Below, piece by piece: positions 7,718 to 16,940 of a DNA stretch of 34,947 bases; the stretch's first letter is position 1, and each line of letters begins with the position of its first letter. The stretch lies in contig CAZJVP010000067.1 of NCBI GenBank assembly GCA_964549615.1, forward strand, positions 1 through 34,947, read 5' to 3'. This stretch comes from an uncultured Thermococci archaeon. Its GTDB lineage: Archaea > CAYQAE01 > CAYVLA01. The notes under the pieces are model-generated. The model was given only the letters and a program-made list of their open reading frames with translations. It had not been told where the DNA came from and did not search any database. The position numbers were made by a program, and so were the translations under genes.

Positions 7718-9088
7718 CTAACGGTTTCTGGCGGCCGTGATCGCTTCATCAAGAACGCCTGCGCCCTCCCTGACCGCATCCGCCGTGATCACGAGCGGTG
7801 GCGATATCTTGACCGTGGCGCCACCAAAACCCACCGGGGAGAACATGAGCAGGCCTCGTTTCACGCACTCCTCGACTATCCTGAAGGCCAAGTCCCCGTC
7901 CGGCTCCTTGGAGCCGGGCTTCACGATGTGGACGCCCGCGACCAGGCCTCTGCCGTGGACAGCCCCGATGACCTCGGAGTGGTTTCGCCTGATCTCCTCC
8001 AGCAAAGAGTGCAGAACCCTTCCCACCTTCCTAGAGTTCTCAACTAGCCCCTCCCTCTGGATGGTCTCGATGTTGGCAAGCGCGGCCGCGCAGCAGACGG
8101 GGTTGCCGGTGTGGGTGCTCGTCATCGTTCCGGGCGGATAGAGATCCATCACGTCCGCCCGCCCCAGGACCCCTGAGAGCGGGAGGGAGCTTGTGACGGC
8201 CTTTCCGATGCAAAAGATGTCCGGAACCACGCCGTAGTGCTCAAATCCCCAGAACGTCCCAGTCCGCCCAAAGCCGGCCTGGATCTCATCGAACGCGAGC
8301 AAAGCCTGGTTTTCGTCGCACCAGGCGCGCAGCTTCTGGATGTACCGTTTGGGCGCAAAGCTTGCACCCCCGCCCTGATATGTCTCGGTCATCACGCAGG
8401 CAACGTTGGCCGGGTCCACCCCCTGAGCGTCCAGGCTCTCTTCGAATAGGCGGAAGCTACGGTCCTCGCATCTGAATCCGTCAGGAAACGGGACTTGGAC
8501 AAAGCCTGGGTCGGGGTTAGGAATCCACTCCTTAAGCTCGGGGATGCCCCCTGCGAGCTGGGCGCCCAAGGTCCTCCCATGGAAGGCCCTTTCGAAGGTG
8601 ACTATCACCGTCTTGGTCGAGCTGATCTTCCTCCCGTACGTCCGGGCCAGCTTAATTATGTTCTCGACGGCCTCGGAACCGGTCGTCAGGAGGAAAACCT
8701 TGTCGATCCGCTTTGGGGCAAGCGACACCAGCTTCTCCACCAGCCTAGCCCTGATCTCGCTTGGGAAACAGTAGTTGTGAAGTAGCCGCGACTGAGCCTG
8801 CCGAACGATCGCGTCCACAATCGGGGTTCTCCCGTGGCCGGCGCTGGCAACGAGCACCCCCGAGCTCCAGTCGATCCAGACGTTCCCGTAGGCGTCCTTC
8901 ACTTGATAGCCCTCCGCACGATCCCATACGACCGGCGGCTGGCCCTCCATCGAGATCGGCTCAAACCTCCGGAGCTTCTCCAAGATCGGAAGGGACTCTG
9001 GAACAGGGAACTTGGTTACAATCCTCCTATTCGCCGTCTCAACCTTCTCGACTTCCTTCGGGGTGAGATCGAACCTCTCTCCGGCCAC
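7718..9088 (-). CDS. Class III PLP-dependent aminotransferase (GabT/ArgD-like)
   Basis: D-YGN-WID, GH, TGSEAVE--IK-AR, FHGRT, DEIQAGFGRTG, PD----GK (PLP lysine), THTGNP. GTG start at 9088 chosen; the longer ORF-track start overlaps the upstream gene. Confidence 0.93.
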   Translation of the reverse strand: MAGERFDLTPKEVEKVETANRRIVTKFPVPESLPILEKLRRFEPISMEGQPPVVWDRAEGYQVKDAYGNVWIDWSSGVLVASAGHGRTPIVDAIVRQAQSRLLHNYCFPSEIRARLVEKLVSLAPKRIDKVFLLTTGSEAVENIIKLARTYGRKISSTKTVIVTFERAFHGRTLGAQLAGGIPELKEWIPNPDPGFVQVPFPDGFRCEDRSFRLFEESLDAQGVDPANVACVMTETYQGGGASFAPKRYIQKLRAWCDENQALLAFDEIQAGFGRTGTFWGFEHYGVVPDIFCIGKAVTSSLPLSGVLGRADVMDLYPPGTMTSTHTGNPVCCAAALANIETIQREGLVENSRKVGRVLHSLLEEIRRNHSEVIGAVHGRGLVAGVHIVKPGSKEPDGDLAFRIVEECVKRGLLMFSPVGFGGATVKISPPLVITADAVREGAGVLDEAITAARNR

Positions 9089-9641
9089 CTTTCTCACGCT
9101 CTCGGTCAACCCACAAGAGACAGCTAATATCTGTTTCACGGAGCCCGAGCGAGCCAACCGCGGTGAAGGGTGCTTTCCTTTGGCGCGATGTCTCAGATCT
9201 TCGATGCCGAACCTCTTGGAGGAGCTTCCCGGCCCATAATGCCCCCAGACCGGCTTCAACGCCAATCACCACGAACGCTAGGAGGAGAAACGAGGTGAAG
9301 GAGGAATGGAAGATCACCACCCCCCGGACGTCGGCCAGACTTGCGATCTCCGACGACTCGCAGTTGTCCCCCTTGGTGACTATCCTGTCTCCTTCGATCG
9401 CGACGAGCCTGTGTGCATAGTTGCATTTCTCGTTCTTCACGTGGACGATGTCCCCGATCTCAGGCTGTTTGCTTGAGAGGATGATGAACGCGTCCTTCGG
9501 AATGGCGGGCAGCATCGACTCGCCGACCGCCCTTGCCACGTACAGCCCCAGGCCTCGCGTAAGGAACAGCGAAAGACAGAGGAATATGATCAGTATGCAC
9601 AGCGCCGAGTTCAACGCCGGCAGGTAATGGGCTCCCCGCAT
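9039..9641 (-). CDS. Signal peptidase I (S26, Sec11-type Ser-His) family protein
   Basis: N-terminal TM helix, GESMLP (Ser), GDIV, AHRLV (His), TKGDN, second TM helix. TATA TTTTAT 25 nt upstream of ATG 9641. Confidence 0.8.
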   Translation of the reverse strand: MRGAHYLPALNSALCILIIFLCLSLFLTRGLGLYVARAVGESMLPAIPKDAFIILSSKQPEIGDIVHVKNEKCNYAHRLVAIEGDRIVTKGDNCESSEIASLADVRGVVIFHSSFTSFLLLAFVVIGVEAGLGALWAGKLLQEVRHRRSETSRQRKAPFTAVGSLGLRETDISCLLWVDREREKGGRREVRSHPEGSREG

Positions 9642-10068
9642 CGCCCGCCACAGCACGGCGGTAGCATAAAAGTCTGCGCGAACCCGCCGGATCGAGCGGC
9701 AAGGATAAGATTTCGGAATCCTTGCTGATCCTTGTTTAGCCGTGCCAAGAACTCCGCTTCGGAGGTCGCGGGGCCGACCTACCTTAAAGGAAAACGTTTC
9801 GCGGCGTGGAAAGTGTTATGTAGGAGTTCTGTAGGATTCTCTTCCACGGGCTATCCCACTGCATGCCGGCGCGGTGAAGAGGCTGGCCTCCATCCACTGA
9901 GCGACGCTCGTCCCTCGAAGGTCGCTCATCCGCAAGGCTTTCCCCCCGAGCATCGGGACGCCCACGCAAGGGAAAAGCGCGGGATCTGTGGTCCGCCACG
10001 CCCATCCTTCCGCCTGGGCGCCGAAATCTTTAACTGCGGCATGCCCTCGAGCAGCTCGAGGCAGGGAA

Positions 10069-11664
10069 ATGGGTCCGACCAGACATGCAACCCAAGGGCA
10101 GGCAACGGAATGGTCATTCGAGTCCGGCAAGGCTTACCGAGATCCTTTCAATGACGTCGAGCTCGACGTCATTTTCAGGGACGACGAGGGGCGGCATTGG
10201 CGCGTCCCAGCCTTCTGGGCCGGCGACAGTGAGTGGAGAGTACGCTTCAGCCCTCCGCACCGGGGCAAGTACACCTACGAGACGATCTGCACGGACGCCA
10301 ATAACCCGGATCTCCACGGGCAAACCGGACGATTGGTCGCAACAAAGTATCGCGGGAGCAACCCGCTCCTCCTCCATGGCCCGTTGCGCGTGTCCGGGGA
10401 CGCTCGGCATCTAGAGCACGCCGACGGCACTCCATTCTTCTGGCTCGGCGACACGTGGTGGATGGGGCTATGCAAGAGGCTGGGATGGCCGGACGACTTT
10501 CAGCTCCTGGCGGCCGACAGAGCAAGCCTCGGTTTCACCGTCATCCAGATCATCGCGGGGCTTTACCCCGACATGCCTCCCTTCGATCCGCGTGGGGCGA
10601 ACGAGGCGGGTTACCCCTGGGAGAGGAACTACGCCCGAATCAACCCCGCTTACTTTGACATGGCCGACCTCCGGGTACGATGGCTCGTGAAGTCAGGCCT
10701 TGTTCCATGCATCGTGGGATGCTGGGGCTACTTCCTGCCGTGGATGGGGGTCGCGAAGCTGAAGCAGCACTGGCGATACATCATCGCCCGATACGGCTGC
10801 TACCCCGTTGTGTGGTGCCTAGCGGGCGAGGCCACGATGCCGTACTACCTGTCCAAGAAGCGCGAGGAGGACAAGGCCCTGCAGAGGAGCGGATGGACCG
10901 AGATCGCTAGATACGTCCGGGCCATCGACCCGTACCACCACCCCGTCACCATCCACCCCACCCAGGTTGGGCGCGACCAGCTAGAGGACCCCACATTGCT
11001 GGACATAGACATGCTCCAGACCGGCCACGGCGACAGGGAAAGCGTGCCGAACACCGTCAAGACGATCACCGACTGCCTTGGCCGTGAGCCCAAGATGCCC
11101 GTTCTGGTGGGCGAGGTCTGCTACGAAGGCATAGCTGAGGCAAGCAGATCAGAGATCCAGAGATTCATGTTCTGGTCGTGCATGCTGAGCGGCGCCGCAG
11201 GGCACACATACGGCGCCAACGGAATCTGGCAGGTCAACACCAGGGTCAAGCCGTTCGGCCCCTCGCCCCACGGCAGGTCCTGGGGTAACACGCCATGGGA
11301 AGACGCCTACCGACTGCCCGGTTCCCGGCACGTCGCTTTGGCGAAAAGAATCCTGGAAAGATACGAGTGGTGGAGGTTCGAATCCCACCCCGAGTGGGTG
11401 GAGCCGCACTGGACGGCTGAGAACTACTTCCTGCCCTACGCGGCCGGCATACCGGGAAAGGTGAGGGTGATCTTCCTGCCGTCATGTAGGTCGGTTGTAG
11501 TGAAGAAGATCGAGCCCGGCTCGTCCTACAAGGCCCGCTTCATCGACCCGAAGGACGGCCAGCAGTATCCGGCCGGGCGAGCGGTGCCTGGTGCTGAGGG
11601 GGACTGGCAAGCCCCAACGCCACCAATATTCCAAGACTGGATCCTTCTCCTCGAGCGACCGTAG
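10069..11664 (+). CDS. DUF5060/DUF4038 protein (apiosidase/GH140-like glycoside hydrolase)
   Basis: PF-DVELD--F, PAFWAG---W-VRF-P---G-Y-Y, DGTPFFWLGDTWW, NPAYFD-AD, W-LAGE, TIHP, MLQTGH, GE-CYEG, AGHTYGANGIWQ, C-terminal P----DW-LLL. TATA TTTAA near 10030. Confidence 0.85.
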   Translation: MGPTRHATQGQATEWSFESGKAYRDPFNDVELDVIFRDDEGRHWRVPAFWAGDSEWRVRFSPPHRGKYTYETICTDANNPDLHGQTGRLVATKYRGSNPLLLHGPLRVSGDARHLEHADGTPFFWLGDTWWMGLCKRLGWPDDFQLLAADRASLGFTVIQIIAGLYPDMPPFDPRGANEAGYPWERNYARINPAYFDMADLRVRWLVKSGLVPCIVGCWGYFLPWMGVAKLKQHWRYIIARYGCYPVVWCLAGEATMPYYLSKKREEDKALQRSGWTEIARYVRAIDPYHHPVTIHPTQVGRDQLEDPTLLDIDMLQTGHGDRESVPNTVKTITDCLGREPKMPVLVGEVCYEGIAEASRSEIQRFMFWSCMLSGAAGHTYGANGIWQVNTRVKPFGPSPHGRSWGNTPWEDAYRLPGSRHVALAKRILERYEWWRFESHPEWVEPHWTAENYFLPYAAGIPGKVRVIFLPSCRSVVVKKIEPGSSYKARFIDPKDGQQYPAGRAVPGAEGDWQAPTPPIFQDWILLLERP

Positions 11665-11743
11665 GTGGCGATCCCTCGACAAGGGTCACATTTAAGCCTC
11701 CGGATCCGGAAGATCTAGATAATCGGGGTAGGAGGTGTCGAAG

Positions 11744-11977
11744 GTGGACGAGCCCTACCGGTCTCTCACGCTGATGGGGATCGCCCTCATAGTCCTGGGC
11801 TTTGCGCTCGTGGTGCTGCCCCTTATTGCGAGATCTATGCCGACAGATGTCAGGTGGCCGAAGATCTTGGTCTACGTCTACCACCGCGATGGCTTCTACT
11901 TCGTCACCTCGCCACTTCTCATCGCGATCTCACTCGCCTATCTCGCCTACTTCCTGTGGCGATCCGCAAGCGGATGA
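11744..11977 (+). CDS. Small two-TM membrane protein (DUF2905-like)
   Basis: SD GGAGGTG at 11731-11737 before GTG 11744. Two TM segments linked by YHRDGFYFVTSP. TATA TTTAAG near 11691. Confidence 0.7.
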   Translation: MDEPYRSLTLMGIALIVLGFALVVLPLIARSMPTDVRWPKILVYVYHRDGFYFVTSPLLIAISLAYLAYFLWRSASG

Positions 11978-12113
11978 TGCCGCACCGCGCTGAGCCATGC
12001 CCGGCGTGGGATCGATTCTCTTGGCCCTGCTCGGCGTCCTCCCTCGGGCGGCTCGCCGGTCCCTCCGTCTCCGGTCGACCGAGACCGAATGGCGCCCAGA
12101 GGCCATCATCACC

Positions 12114-13346
12114 CTACACCCAACCCTTGCTTTCCAGTCTCGTGGTGCTCACTTCCCTGTAAGCCTTCCTCCTGACCATGAGGGTCCAGAGCGAAAAGCC
12201 GCAGACCAAGGAGCTGACCGAGACGGCTAGCCACTCAACAAGATACACCCATAACATCGTCTGGTCTTTGAGCTTGACCGCGTCTGCAGACAGGGCGGAC
12301 AGTTCCTGCCTCACCAGGGCCATCGTTTCCAGAACGGAATCGTAGGCCTGATCCAGGTACAGCCCCTCTGCCTGCCTCCTTAGGGGCTCTGTCTCGTACA
12401 GTCGTTTCTCCAAGGGAGCGGTGTTTCCCCCGAAGCTCTCCGCAAATTCCAGCACAGACAAGATCAGGCTTCTCTGCAGGGCGTAACCCGCCAACTCCGT
12501 CCTCACGGCGTGGACGAGCTGGAGATCCTGGGGGATCGAAAGGCCGGAGGCGAGGTAGACGATGTTCACGATGTAGTCCTGGTAGAGCTCCCAGTCGTTC
12601 ATGACGGTGCTGCCCCAGCCGGGGTTCCAGTCGGGCGTGTGCGCCACGGACGCGCCTTTGCCGACCTCCCAGTAGATGAGAACGGGGTACTCCGGGTCTC
12701 CAAGGGCCGTCGGCACCGACCACAAGAGCACGATCGAACTCTGCTTGGGCGTCACGATGTTCATCCCGTTGAAGGGTGGCATCCCGTCCCAAGGAAGCGA
12801 TCTCACGAATGGGTGATCGCGCGCGTCCTCGGCGGGGCGTGCGAAGAACGGCCGGATGTCCCAAGCCTGATTGCTCATGCACTCAACCGGCAGGGCCTCC
12901 TCAACGGCCGACCCCTTCCAGGAGCGACCGTAGGCGAACCCGCCGAACGCCTCGAAGCCCCCGCCCATCACGAGCCCCTGGCCGCGCTGCACCACCCCGT
13001 CCCTGAACCAGAACTCCTGCTGCGAAGTGAAGAGGCTGCGGTCGCTGTCGCTTAGCACCAGAAGATCGACCGTCTCAACGTACGTCTGATAGGTGCGCGG
13101 TATGTACTGCCTCATGAACTTGAGCAAGGCATCGCCCGTAAAGTAGCCCAAGCTGGCAGGCACAGGGACCACGGTGAACGCTGGATCGGCCGTGATGTCC
13201 CGCCAGGTCCGCCAGACGGTATCGCCAACGTAAAGGACGCGCACCCTCCTGGTGTCCGGATCTCGCTTCGGCTCCCTGCCGGCAGATGCTTGGCCGGCCA
13301 GCACGACCACCGCGATCAGGGTGACGGCCCAAGTCCTCTCATCCAT
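12114..13346 (-). CDS. Secreted, C-terminally membrane-anchored GATase1-like (DUF1355) domain protein, paralog 1
   Basis: Signal peptide (AVTLIAVVVLAGQASA); DLLVLSD, GQGLVMGGGFEAFGG, W----VEEALP; helical linker; C-terminal TM followed by VRRKAYREVSTTRL. Confidence 0.8.
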   Translation of the reverse strand: MDERTWAVTLIAVVVLAGQASAGREPKRDPDTRRVRVLYVGDTVWRTWRDITADPAFTVVPVPASLGYFTGDALLKFMRQYIPRTYQTYVETVDLLVLSDSDRSLFTSQQEFWFRDGVVQRGQGLVMGGGFEAFGGFAYGRSWKGSAVEEALPVECMSNQAWDIRPFFARPAEDARDHPFVRSLPWDGMPPFNGMNIVTPKQSSIVLLWSVPTALGDPEYPVLIYWEVGKGASVAHTPDWNPGWGSTVMNDWELYQDYIVNIVYLASGLSIPQDLQLVHAVRTELAGYALQRSLILSVLEFAESFGGNTAPLEKRLYETEPLRRQAEGLYLDQAYDSVLETMALVRQELSALSADAVKLKDQTMLWVYLVEWLAVSVSSLVCGFSLWTLMVRRKAYREVSTTRLESKGWV

Positions 13347-13402
13347 CCGATCGTGCCACCTCTGTCACTCGACGTTGTCCGCTTCCCGATCCGACCTGTT
13401 CC

Positions 13403-14461
13403 CTACTTTGCAGCGGCCTTCGCCCCAAGGCAGCGCTCGAGGAACCCGAAGGCGCCTTTCCCGTGGAATGTGTGCTCACCGTCGAAGATCTCCAGTCCAA
13501 TCCGATCCGGGCATCCGAAGACCCTGTAGATGGCCCTGGCCTTTCTGAATGCGAACTGGGCCGCCTTGTACGGGAAGATGCCGTCCCTGGTGCCGCTCTC
13601 CGCGAAAAGGTACCTTGGCGCGATCAGGCCGGCCAGATCATACATCTCGGCGTAGCGCAGTATGCCGGGCACGTAGTTGTCCATGCAGTGCGATATGCTC
13701 ATTATGCTGTCTCGGAAGGTGTTGAAGTAGCCGCTCACCACCGCCACCGCCACGCGCTGGTCGATGGCCGCAAGATGAAAGGCGGTCGTGCCCCCGCCGG
13801 ATATCCCCATGGCCCCGATCCTCAGGGGATCAACCTCAGGCCTTGACTGAAGGTAGTCGAGACTCCGCATGGCATCGTAAACCCTCCATCCTATCATGGT
13901 CTGGCCCAGAAGGAGAGCTGCCCCGGCGGCAGGCTGGCACGATGAACTTCCGGGACCCGCCTTCTTGGCTCTCTCGTCCCTGCGGCGCCCGAAGCCAAGC
14001 TGTTCGATGGCTAGCGCGGCGTACCCGTGTCCGACGCATTGCAGCGCGAAGTCGTTCTGGTACCCGCCGTACGCCGTCCGCTGGCATCCGTTCTCGTCGA
14101 TGCCTACTATGTCATCCACACCCCTCCCATGTCCGTGCAGGCACAGGATGGCGGGCACCGGTTCGACCGGCGCCGGCTTGGGAAGCAGGAAATAGCCGAA
14201 CACCGTCATGTTGCGCCGGCTCTGCAGAAGTACGTGCTGCCTCGTGTAGTGGTCGAACTCATCAGTTGCGATCACCCGCGGCGTCAGCGGGGAGTCCTTG
14301 GCCGGAAAGCCGCCCAGGAGTTGGACGAGCTTCCTGCGAAGTTTCCTTTGCCAGGCCTTTGCTTCCTCAACCGTCTTTGCCCGGAAGCCGAGCATTGGCC
14401 GATTTGCGCGATATGCCTCAAGAGAATACTTCAGTGTATCGAAATCAGGCTCGATTGTCAA
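13403..14461 (-). CDS. Alpha/beta hydrolase (dienelactone hydrolase/acetyl-xylan esterase-like)
   Basis: PAILCLHGHG, GISGGG nucleophile elbow, HC-DNYVPG, LIAPR, SG--D, GEH-F. SD GGAGGTGC 4 nt before the TTG start. Confidence 0.9.
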   Translation of the reverse strand: MTIEPDFDTLKYSLEAYRANRPMLGFRAKTVEEAKAWQRKLRRKLVQLLGGFPAKDSPLTPRVIATDEFDHYTRQHVLLQSRRNMTVFGYFLLPKPAPVEPVPAILCLHGHGRGVDDIVGIDENGCQRTAYGGYQNDFALQCVGHGYAALAIEQLGFGRRRDERAKKAGPGSSSCQPAAGAALLLGQTMIGWRVYDAMRSLDYLQSRPEVDPLRIGAMGISGGGTTAFHLAAIDQRVAVAVVSGYFNTFRDSIMSISHCMDNYVPGILRYAEMYDLAGLIAPRYLFAESGTRDGIFPYKAAQFAFRKARAIYRVFGCPDRIGLEIFDGEHTFHGKGAFGFLERCLGAKAAAK

Positions 14462-14484
14462 GTTGGCACCTCCTTTCCAGTGGG

Positions 14485-14680
14485 CATGCCCTATCTGACG
14501 TCCTCTTCAATGTCTCGGGTGCCCCTATCCAGCCAGCGCTGGGCTCTGGGCCGTTGTCGGGACAGGCTTACCGTAGATGGGTCCAAGGGCAGCGCCGACC
14601 CATGGAGGGCTTTCACCCTGACTGAGCAGGGGCAAGCCCGCGTCAAGAAGTGTCCTGAGGTCATCAAAGGGCTAGGACAT
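14485..14680 (+). pseudogene. Possible degraded PadR-type winged-helix regulator remnant
   Basis: One frame gives LFNVSGAPIQPAL...RRWVQGQRRP and the adjacent frame continues WRAFTLTEQGQARVKK, resembling PadR S-G-IYP-L...W...RR-Y-LTE-G. Needs a frameshift and has no clear start. Confidence 0.35.
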
Positions 14681-14811
14681 GGCGGACGAACGCCCAGCCT
14701 GCGAGTCCATGATAGGTTTGCGGAGCTGTCCGGAATGGCGTCATCGATCTCGAACAACCACAGGCGCTCCTTTGCAGCTGCCGCTGCACGGCCCCCAAGC
14801 GCCGCGCAGCG

Positions 14812-15423
14812 TTAGAAGAAGATGTCCCGGTGCCCCAGGTGCGTAACCTGGTTTAGATAGTGGATCCTTCCGATCCCATCCTTGATCGAAACCAGCGTGA
14901 AGCAGCAGTTGTGGTGGTAGAATCTGTCCCTCGTCCTGGGCGGGCAGTCTGCCAGGATGGAAACCAGCGCGTCGAGGGAACCCCCGTGGGCCACTGCGGC
15001 GATCCTCTCATGCTTGCCTTCTAGGGACTTAAGCTCCTCTGCAACCGGCCTGACACGGTCGTAGACATCCTCCCAGGTTTCTTCCACCATCGGCCACCAG
15101 ACCTCCGGCATGTCGGGCGGAATGATGAACTGCGGGAACCTTGCCGCGATCTGGCTCTTGGTCTCCCTCTGCCCGGGACCGCTTTTCTCGTGCAACCTGT
15201 GCCTTATCTCGACCGGAAGACCAAGCGTGCGCGAGATGATGAGTGCCGTCTGCATCGCCCTCGGATAGGGACTGGAGAAAAGCCTCTCGATTCCCTGTCC
15301 AACCAGTGCCTGGCCTGCAAGTTCCGCCTGCCTGACGCCGAGCTTGGTGAGCGTGCCCTCCTCGGGCACCGCCTGCTCAGCTCCGCTTTCGCCGTGCCTT
15401 ATGAAGAGTATGTGCAAGGCCAT
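14812..15423 (-). CDS. Histidine phosphatase (phosphoglycerate mutase superfamily) protein
   Basis: RHGES, LT-LG-RQA, SSP--RA-QTA, L-E, VAHGG, N---HL. Confidence 0.92.
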   Translation of the reverse strand: MALHILFIRHGESGAEQAVPEEGTLTKLGVRQAELAGQALVGQGIERLFSSPYPRAMQTALIISRTLGLPVEIRHRLHEKSGPGQRETKSQIAARFPQFIIPPDMPEVWWPMVEETWEDVYDRVRPVAEELKSLEGKHERIAAVAHGGSLDALVSILADCPPRTRDRFYHHNCCFTLVSIKDGIGRIHYLNQVTHLGHRDIFF

Positions 15424-15540
15424 CACCCGCGCGGGGTTTTGGGCATGTCTGCAGACTCTGGGCCCACGGACGTGGTGCTCTTAACTTTGACTTGGTTCCT
15501 GTTGGCACGAGGACAGCTCTGTGCAGCCGGCCCCTTGCAC

Positions 15541-16818
15541 CTAGACATCCAGTGGCCTATCCGTCAGCCTAGTCATCCGGACTTCTCTGTACAGCTTCCG
15601 CCGGACCATCACGGACCAGAGAACGAGGCCGCAGACCATGGCGGTTCCGGTTACGGCAAGCCACTCGATGACGTATATCCAGAACAGGGCCTTGTCCTTC
15701 AGCTCTAGCGCCTTGATCTCAAGATCCGCCAACATTTCGCCCGCATTGCGATAGCTTTCCAAAGCTTCCTCAAAACGAAGTTCAAAGTACTGGGGCCTTG
15801 CGTCCAAGATGACCTGGTCGATCTCATCCATCGCCTCCACGAACTTGCCCGTGTTCGCGCCGAACCTGTCACAGAACTCCAGCAGGCTTAGAAGAAGCGA
15901 CTTCCTGATGGCTATCTCCGACATCTTGAACCTCAGGGCATGGACGAGGTCTATGTCCTGTGGGACGGGGCGGTTATCCAGGTAGATCATCAGGTTGCTG
16001 CCGAAGTCTATGTAGTATGTCCAAACCGGGTTCATCCTGTTGAAGAAGTATATCTCGCCCGTGTAGGCGAAGACCCTTGCGCCGTTCTGCAGGTCCCATG
16101 TTACCATCGCAGGGTCGTTGCCGTACGAAGACCCCTCCACATGCGCGAGCGTTTGTGAGCCCTCCTTGGTCCTCACAAGGTTGTGGTGGAAGTCGGTCAT
16201 GAAGTAAGCGTTCTCCCTCTTCCAGGGCAGGCTGCTGATGAACTCGTGCTCCCATTCATCGATGACTAAGCGAAGCCCAAAGTTTGGGTACTGCACCCAG
16301 GTGTCCGGCACGTCGATGGTGGGGAGCAGCTCCCCAACAGAGGTATCGCCCCAGGGCGGGCGGGCAAACGCCCCGCCGAACGTCTCCCAACCGCCAGCCA
16401 TGAAGAGGCCCATCCCGGCATCCCTCACCCCTGCAGCCAGCATCTCGATGTTCTTCGGGCCGACCGCCTCCCGGTTTGCGTTGGAGAGGACTATGACGTC
16501 AAAGCGCGAACAGAGATCGCGATAGCTGCGCGGCATGTAAAGCCGCACTATTCGGTAGACCTGGCTCTCCCCTTCAGCTTGCTGGATCGGGCCCCAGCCG
16601 GCCCAGTCCCTGAGGGTTGCCTGTACGAAGGTCAGCGAGAACAGTGGATCGTTTCTCATCTCCCAGAAGGGCCGCGACCGTGCGATGCACCCGACGTAGA
16701 GGACGCCGATCCGGCCGTCCTCCAGTGCGGCACAATCCGGCGCCTGGCCGAACAGCTGGAGGGCCAAGAGCGCGCATACAAAGAGAGCCGCTGCAATGGA
16801 GCGATTCGCCGGCCTCAA
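15541..16818 (-). CDS. Secreted, C-terminally membrane-anchored GATase1-like (DUF1355) domain protein, paralog 2
   Basis: Signal peptide; DVIVLSN, GMGLFMAGGWETFGG, W-DT-VGELLP; C-terminal KDKALFWIYVIEWLAV...LWSVMVRRKLYREVRMTRL, closely matching 12114..13346. Confidence 0.8.
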   Translation of the reverse strand: MRPANRSIAAALFVCALLALQLFGQAPDCAALEDGRIGVLYVGCIARSRPFWEMRNDPLFSLTFVQATLRDWAGWGPIQQAEGESQVYRIVRLYMPRSYRDLCSRFDVIVLSNANREAVGPKNIEMLAAGVRDAGMGLFMAGGWETFGGAFARPPWGDTSVGELLPTIDVPDTWVQYPNFGLRLVIDEWEHEFISSLPWKRENAYFMTDFHHNLVRTKEGSQTLAHVEGSSYGNDPAMVTWDLQNGARVFAYTGEIYFFNRMNPVWTYYIDFGSNLMIYLDNRPVPQDIDLVHALRFKMSEIAIRKSLLLSLLEFCDRFGANTGKFVEAMDEIDQVILDARPQYFELRFEEALESYRNAGEMLADLEIKALELKDKALFWIYVIEWLAVTGTAMVCGLVLWSVMVRRKLYREVRMTRLTDRPLDV

Positions 16819-16940
16819 CCGTATACATATCCCACCGAAGCCTCAAATATCTTGGCCCCAAATGCCGAGGCCGAGCCTGAGATATCCTCGAAACGTCTTG
16901 AGCTGCCAATCCCCCGGATGCATTCTTTACGCCGCCCCGA

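Noticed and set aside
9840-10020. Riboswitch, hammerhead ribozyme or IS200/IS605 end
   Set aside because: Fragments such as GAAAGCC and GGATGA occur, but there is no complete CUGANGA...GAAA core, no cobalamin B12-box and no tnpB or tnpA. Kept only as an unexplained structured region.
14607-14639. SECIS-like hairpin GGGCTT-TCA-CCCTG-ACTGAG-CAGGG-GC-AAGCCC
   Set aside because: Adjacent genes look complete with no in-frame TGA at a Cys position, the loop does not fit the archaeal GAA/A SECIS arrangement, and the segment is explained as well by a coding remnant.
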